A stretch of 64,000 nucleotides of DNA from a virus. Taxonomy: Duplodnaviria > Caudoviricetes. The notes under the pieces were generated by a model. That model searched no databases and was not told the DNA's origin. It saw only the letters and a program-made list of their open reading frames with translations. The position numbers and the translations under genes were made by a program. The stretch spans positions 582-64,581 of IMG/VR virus record IMGVR_UViG_3300042452_000781. One strand, 5' to 3'. Below are positions 59,521 through 64,000 of this stretch, piece after piece (within the stretch, counting starts at the first letter, position 1; every line of letters starts with the position of its first letter).

Positions 59521-59940
59521 TTAAGAATACCCGGTTTTTAAGGGCTTGTCAATGGTTGAATGATAAGCAGTTCTTATCCAATATGAAATATCAATTTCCT
59601 TTAGTGTTTCAAGAATATTACCGGGAACTAATACTTCTACACTATCAGCATAAAATACCTTAAAGGCGCGATCTATTAGGGCAATTTCTAACGGCCCCAT
59701 AAGATAGGGAGCACAACCAATCATAACACCTTCACACTTATCTCTATGGCCACCGTCATAAAGAAACCTATAATCACTTGCAATGTAGGCTATATTTTTA
59801 GCCCTTTGTATTATGGGAAGCTCGCTAAGTGTAAGAAGTTTTCTAACCTCTTGGAGCATATCATCAATGTGAATATCAACAATTCCTGTGGCTATTTGTT
59901 CTGCGGTTGCATCGTGTTGAGTTAGATTGATAATGGCCAT
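59521..59940 (-). CDS. NLTQH-family phage protein, Csx20/Csx15-like, C-terminus apparently damaged
   Basis: IINLTQH.AT.EQ, MIG.APYLM.PLE.AL and VFYA motifs; the ORF tail runs through the next promoter. Confidence 0.55.
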   Translation of the reverse strand: MAIINLTQHDATAEQIATGIVDIHIDDMLQEVRKLLTLSELPIIQRAKNIAYIASDYRFLYDGGHRDKCEGVMIGCAPYLMGPLEIALIDRAFKVFYADSVEVLVPGNILETLKEIDISYWIRTAYHSTIDKPLKTGYS

Positions 59941-59964
59941 TTGATTGGAGGTAAGTTTATAAAG

Positions 59965-60195
59965 TTACGGTAGTTCATCCTTAGTTTTGATAAGTTGATT
60001 CAGAATATAATTAAATGCTCGTTTCATATCTTCGGGTGATACCTCTACTTCCACTAACTTTTCTTCGGTATCAAAACAATAAGAACATGTATTACAAGAA
60101 TACCGACGCACGGTTACATCACCAGATTCTAAAAGCTTATGTGTTGTTAGAAGATGGTTACGGTCGTAACCATTACAGATTGGACATTGGGCCAT
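59965..60195 (-). CDS. zinc-ribbon protein (NrdR-N/Ogr-like)
   Basis: CPIC...RRYSCNTC...F.TEE motif. Confidence 0.75.
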   Translation of the reverse strand: MAQCPICNGYDRNHLLTTHKLLESGDVTVRRYSCNTCSYCFDTEEKLVEVEVSPEDMKRAFNYILNQLIKTKDELP

Positions 60196-60333
60196 TTGAG
60201 GCGGGGCAGGGGGACTTTTAATAATATACCATTTTCAGGTTCGCTGTTGTGGTGGTGGGTCAGTTGTAGAAGTGTCTGGAAGGCACCTAGAAGAGCCTGT
60301 AGGGGGCCTAGAATACCTTAGACAACCTAGGAC

Positions 60334-60376
60334 AGCGTAAGAAGCGCCTAAACATAAACCGGCACGCTAATCCTGG
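60334..60376 (+). ncRNA. putative sRNA repeat element A, copy 9 (subtype 2)
   Basis: AGCGTAAGAAGCGCCTAAACATAAACCGGCACGCTAATCCTGG, after TAGAAT. Confidence 0.55.
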
Positions 60377-60464
60377 GCTCTTATAAAAATATAACGAATA
60401 CAAAATAAGACTCCCCCGAATGAGAGAGTCTTATCTTAATGGATTAGGGCATGTTGAGGGCCTC

Positions 60465-60531
60465 TTATTGATTGGGGGAAGCAAGAATTGTTAGAGTTTC
60501 TGATGGAGTGTTGTGAGTGGATTAGAGCATG
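60465..60531 (-). pseudogene. remnant of an LRV-repeat gene
   Basis: Minus-strand frame HNTPSETLTILASPNQ*; the DNA gcaagaattgttagagtttc matches the repeats in 49794-50198; it sits behind an intact promoter. Confidence 0.5.
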
Positions 60532-60604
60532 ATGGGAACCTCTCTTTCTTCTTAAGAATAACAGGGGCTTGAGAGTTTGTCAAGCCCTTAATGATAAGTG
60601 TTTC

Positions 60605-60913
60605 TTATTGGAGAAACATTCCACTTTCAAAGGGAACATCTTTACCATTATCATTTACGAACCATTCAAAGTTCTTTTGAAAGATCCCCCAACCACGAGA
60701 TTGAAGTATAGCATTTAGCCGGCTCTTTGTGGTTTTTGTTTGCCAGCCGCCATCAAAGATTTGGATAAAATTACCACCAATTTTGGCAATAAGATTGCCG
60801 TGGAGTAGAACTTTAATAACTCCATCTTCGGTGATTACGGTAGTGTTACCACCGCCGAAGTTCCTGCCATTGGAGATGGCTTGATTCATCTTCTGTTCAA
60901 TGATGCGGGTCAT
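60605..60913 (-). CDS. conserved cyanophage early protein
   Basis: IEQKMN.AI, LHGNLIA and GWQT.TTKSRLNAIL motifs. Confidence 0.8.
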   Translation of the reverse strand: MTRIIEQKMNQAISNGRNFGGGNTTVITEDGVIKVLLHGNLIAKIGGNFIQIFDGGWQTKTTKSRLNAILQSRGWGIFQKNFEWFVNDNGKDVPFESGMFLQ

Positions 60914-60996
60914 GTGTCTGGGGGGTGGTTGACTTTTTAAGAATAACAGGGGCCTGAATGAATGTCAAGCCCCGAATGATAAGAACTTCTTATTGG

Positions 60997-61146
60997 TCAA
61001 TTATCTATTTCCAAAATGGGCCAAAGTAAACCGCCAATAATTCCAAAAGGAATGGCGAATAGGATAACACCTACGGGGCCAAGATAAAAACCAGAAAGAC
61101 CACTAATAGTCATAACAAACAGCAGATTGAAGTAATTGATTTTCAT
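60997..61146 (-). CDS. small two-TM membrane protein
   Basis: True start probably MKINY (61146); two hydrophobic segments. Confidence 0.6.
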   Translation of the reverse strand: MKINYFNLLFVMTISGLSGFYLGPVGVILFAIPFGIIGGLLWPILEIDN

Positions 61147-61202
61147 GTTGATGGTTGCTTTGGTTGAGGACTTTTTAAGAATACCAGGTTTTTGTCGGGC
61201 TG

Positions 61203-61451
61203 TCAAGGGGTTGGATGATAAGGAGTTCTTATGCTGACCCTGCCATCCCTCAACCATCTAACAACCGGCTTCAATGATTTTTGGTCTGGCCACTTATAAT
61301 AGCCGTCATCTATTAAGTTTTTGCCTACATGTGTAACCTCAACCTCTTCATTATCCACGTTCAAATAAATCGAGGTGCCGAACTGGGCTGCGGCATCGGC
61401 ACTGAAATAAGCATGGCGTGGGGTTTCATCCATGTTTTCAAGGGTAGTCAT
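61203..61451 (-). CDS. early hypothetical protein
   Basis: 82 aa; EVTHV and Y.WPD motif. Confidence 0.7.
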   Translation of the reverse strand: MTTLENMDETPRHAYFSADAAAQFGTSIYLNVDNEEVEVTHVGKNLIDDGYYKWPDQKSLKPVVRWLRDGRVSIRTPYHPTP

Positions 61452-61519
61452 TTGATTGGGTTTGGGACTTAACTATAATACCACATTTTGTGTGGTGTGG
61501 TGAATGTGTGTGCCAGTTC

Positions 61520-61732
61520 TTAAGGTGTCTCTTGAGCATAGACGAACTTAACGAATTCTCCTACTTTATTATCATCGTGATAGCAATCTTGCATTGATTC
61601 TAACTTACAATAAACATCAAGATAATGATCTCCTAGGTAATTCATAAGGAATTGACCATATCTTAGCCCTTTGCTATCGTGGCAGTATGCACTGTTGGCC
61701 TCTGCAAAGAACCTATCGGGGCAGAATGTCAT
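61520..61732 (-). CDS. early hypothetical protein (LRYGQ motif)
   Basis: Probable start MTFCP (61732). Confidence 0.65.
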   Translation of the reverse strand: MTFCPDRFFAEANSAYCHDSKGLRYGQFLMNYLGDHYLDVYCKLESMQDCYHDDNKVGEFVKFVYAQETP

Positions 61733-61755
61733 TTGTTTGGGGTGTTGTGGAAGAA

Positions 61756-62019
61756 TCAATTAACAGAGTAGCCAATATAACCGTATGCTACTGTAATACC
61801 AGCAGCAACGGGAACCTTTAATGCCCGACATTTACAAGCCTGCCATAAAGGTTTTAATTTGGGTTCATAAATTAACACATGCCAATCTACTGCATCTGAT
61901 AATGTCGGTAGACCGTCTAAATCCATTTCAAGACTATGACGTTTTACGAATCTTAGTGCAGATTCGTTTAGTCTCTCCTTATCGGATTCGGTGAATGAAC
62001 GAATAATAGAAAGGGACAT
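61756..62019 (-). CDS. early hypothetical protein
   Basis: 87 aa, downstream of a promoter hub. Confidence 0.7.
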   Translation of the reverse strand: MSLSIIRSFTESDKERLNESALRFVKRHSLEMDLDGLPTLSDAVDWHVLIYEPKLKPLWQACKCRALKVPVAAGITVAYGYIGYSVN

Positions 62020-62212
62020 CGGTGGAATCGGTTGACCTTCTTATTGTAGTGGGCAGGCGTGGGACCGATGGGCGAGTGTGTGCCAGTTGTTGAGGTGGTT
62101 AGCTATATTTTGATATTTTCTTGCGTTTTTATTTGTGTGCATGGTGTTTAGGGTCTTACTGGCTAAGTCCACTAAGACGGGACACCTTCTAAGATACTTT
62201 AACTGCATTTAA

Positions 62213-62283
62213 TACTCAATAAGACCTTCCATTACTCAATAAGACCTTCCATTACTCAATAAGACCTTCCATTACTCAATAAG
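62213..62283. repeat. 20-bp tandem repeat (tactcaataagaccttccat x3.5), with degenerate copies to about 62380
   Basis: Seen directly; the unit length is not a multiple of 3; AT-rich and non-coding. Confidence 0.9.
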
Positions 62284-62417
62284 CTTAATATGCTCAATAT
62301 ACTTAATAAGACCATTCCTTTATGCTTTCATACGCATATCCATTCAATAAGACCTTAAAACTTATTCCTTTATGCTTTTAGACACATATTTGTTTAAAAT
62401 GATTAAAATACGTTTTT

Positions 62418-62828
62418 TTAATACTCATAGAGATTTTTTGAATAGTTTAATGGGACCATCTTCGCTCCACACGAATCTTTGCCTCTTGAATTGTGGGTGG
62501 GTGGCTTATGTTGCTCTAGTTGTTCTTTCAGTTTATTCAGTTGATCTTCGGTTTCTTGAATAGTCTGGAGCAGTTGTTGGGTATTAATTTGTTTTGGTGT
62601 GATTTTTAAGATGTCAAATTGGCTAGAATGATATACCGACCACAAACCGGAACTTGTCCATGTGAGGCAAGCATCTAGAGAACTGTTATCCATATAAAAT
62701 GGATACTTTTCGGATAACCAAGATGTCAACACAGAACTAGAATCCTCGATAATTCCGGTGCGAATTTCGCCATTTCGTAGCGTAACGGCTACTTCTTTGT
62801 TGAGAAAGTCAGCAAGATTGATGGTCAT
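62418..62828 (-). CDS. hypothetical protein (MTINLAD family, coiled-coil tail)
   Basis: 136 aa; N-terminal domain shared with 62952-63359. Confidence 0.7.
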   Translation of the reverse strand: MTINLADFLNKEVAVTLRNGEIRTGIIEDSSSVLTSWLSEKYPFYMDNSSLDACLTWTSSGLWSVYHSSQFDILKITPKQINTQQLLQTIQETEDQLNKLKEQLEQHKPPTHNSRGKDSCGAKMVPLNYSKNLYEY

Positions 62829-62951
62829 TTGGGGCTTTTGGTTCGGTTGACTAGATCAGTATAAGGGCAGTTCTGGTTGGTTTTGTTGGCCGTGTGCCAG
62901 TTGTTCAGGTGTCCTCTGAGGATATATTATCTTCCAAGGGGAAACGTATCA

Positions 62952-63359
62952 CTATTCCCAAACTCCTTTATGATGAATACAACAAAACTTTGGTCCTGTT
63001 TTTAATGATGCAAACAATCCTTGGTCATCATCAGCCGTTGCAACAATTTCCACAAAGGAATCGCCAGCATTTCGTTTTTCGGATGCAGTTGTATTTGGAA
63101 AATCACAATACCCGTTTTCCCAATATTGACAAGATTCGCAATATCTCTCTGCCGGAGGAACATACTCTTCAATTTTTACAATATCCTGTGGGCATTTCAT
63201 ATTACCAACCCATTTGCCGTCTTGGTGGTATTCTTGGTCGTTTATTTGATAAGGATAATCTATAAATTTATTATATCTTACAGTTCCGAATTCTGTTGAA
63301 CTATTGCGGGTTGTGATGGTTACAACCTTATTAACATAGTCTGCAAGATTGATGGTCAT
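62952..63359 (-). CDS. hypothetical protein (MTINLAD family, Cys-rich C-terminal domain)
   Basis: Probable start at 63359; C..C.YW...C and TGPKFCCIHH motifs. Confidence 0.7.
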   Translation of the reverse strand: MTINLADYVNKVVTITTRNSSTEFGTVRYNKFIDYPYQINDQEYHQDGKWVGNMKCPQDIVKIEEYVPPAERYCESCQYWENGYCDFPNTTASEKRNAGDSFVEIVATADDDQGLFASLKTGPKFCCIHHKGVWE

Positions 63360-63405
63360 TTGTGCTTTTGGTTTGGGTGACTTTTGTATTCTAGAGGAAG
63401 AGGTG

Positions 63406-63804
63406 TTAGCGTGCCAGTTGTTCATAGCATCCTACATATTCGCCAAAATAAACTTCACGTCTAATTTCATTCCTTAAGACCTTATACAAATCCTTAAGCT
63501 CTTCAACAAAGGAAGAATCTTGAATAAGTGGATTATTTGCATCAATGTATTTCTTATCGATTAAAGATCCAGGAATCGCAGTATAAAATTCATAAGAACC
63601 AAACCAGTCTACATCAATGATCTTATCGGTTGCCATATCAATAAACCACAGGCACGGATAAGAAACATACGAAAGATTATACTTTTTACAGAACGGTTCA
63701 ATATGGGCCTCTCTAAATTTTCTTCCGAGTAAGACCATCTTGGTTTCCCATTCGGAATTTATTCCCTGTATTGAATTGTTAAAAAGGAGACATGAATGTT
63801 TCAT
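63406..63804 (-). CDS. hypothetical protein
   Basis: 132 aa, downstream of a palindrome-associated promoter. Confidence 0.65.
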   Translation of the reverse strand: MKHSCLLFNNSIQGINSEWETKMVLLGRKFREAHIEPFCKKYNLSYVSYPCLWFIDMATDKIIDVDWFGSYEFYTAIPGSLIDKKYIDANNPLIQDSSFVEELKDLYKVLRNEIRREVYFGEYVGCYEQLAR

Positions 63805-64000
63805 GGTGTTTTTAAGAATAGCAGAGAGTGGTGATACGGTGCCACTTAAGAAAGTGGGGCTCCCGTTTAAGAGTTTCAGAATTGAATACTCTTAAGATCC
63901 TCATTCTGGCATGAGGCGATTAGTTGCTTAAGGGCCTCATACTGTTTTGTAGTTACCTTAAACTCTTTGACTGGATTGTAGTTGGGATTTTGTGCAACTC

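Larger units (their letters stand above)
50531..60433 (-). terminator. family of related intrinsic terminators closing the cassette genes
   Basis: Hairpins (mostly GC-rich) followed by U-rich tails on the minus strand near 50531, 52287, 52783, 53313, 54190, 54692, 56128, 56969, 57561, 58127 and 60405. Confidence 0.75.
50496..61232. promoter_or_regulatory. dispersed AT(A/T)AG-N5-CT(T/A/G)AT boxes, usually 10-11 nt upstream of TTGACA early promoters (14 copies)
   Basis: Boxes start at 50496, 52252, 52646, 53279, 55101, 55370, 55983, 56517, 58645, 59177, 59563, 60594, 60979 and 61218. Confidence 0.8.
54043..63858. promoter_or_regulatory. dispersed GCCAGTT-N4-AAGTGTC palindromes upstream of promoters lacking a -35 (about 10 copies)
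   Basis: Boxes start at 54043, 54549, 56821, 57413, 57978, 60259, 61512, 62082, 62896 and 63841 (half-site at 63413). Confidence 0.8.

Noticed and set aside
52148-60376. Repeat element A as a CRISPR array or CRISPR-repeat mimic
   Set aside because: Copies are hundreds to thousands of bp apart and separated by whole genes, there are no cas genes, and I see no convincing match to the cyanobacterial repeat ends I know (e.g. GAAAC).
50496-61232. ATAAG-N5-CTTAT boxes as integron attC or Xer/dif recombination sites
   Set aside because: The arms are only 5-6 bp, the spacers vary, the spacing to -35 is fixed as expected for a transcription factor site, and no recombinase is seen in the window.
1-64000. 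tRNA or rRNA genes
   Set aside because: No cloverleaf with a T-loop GTTC(G/A)A and matching acceptor stem was recognised by eye; tRNAscan-SE or ARAGORN would be needed to exclude them fully.

Overview
This window is from a T4-like cyanomyovirus (Kyanoviridae-type) genome and falls into four blocks. (1) 1-39.9 kb, minus strand: the late virion module (gp25, gp6, gp7, gp8, a split VrlC/DUF4815-like protein, gp13-gp20, then fibre-like genes). The portal gp20 carries a mini-intein, and the terminase gp17 carries a Pro-initiated class-3-type LAGLIDADG intein. (2) 40-44 kb, mostly plus strand: late-promoter genes with T4 internal-protein-like leaders (MKTF.EF..E), one of which is a GNAT acetyltransferase. 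(3) 44-47.7 kb: psbA split by four group I introns (one encodes a LAGLIDADG endonuclease; one exon is only 29 nt), with a PhotoRC-II-like leader and a downstream free-standing GIY-YIG-like endonuclease. (4) 48-64 kb: an early-type array of small minus-strand genes built from repeated regulatory modules. The most novel signal is in block 4: nine copies of a conserved 43-bp non-coding element, each about 15-20 nt downstream of its own -10 box. Most copies are fired divergently from the neighbouring protein gene out of a promoter hub centred on one of two palindromes (GCCAGTT-N4-AAGTGTC or the LysR-like ATAAG-N5-CTTAT). I read this as a multicopy early small-RNA system. All family assignments come from recognising motifs by eye; no database searches were run.
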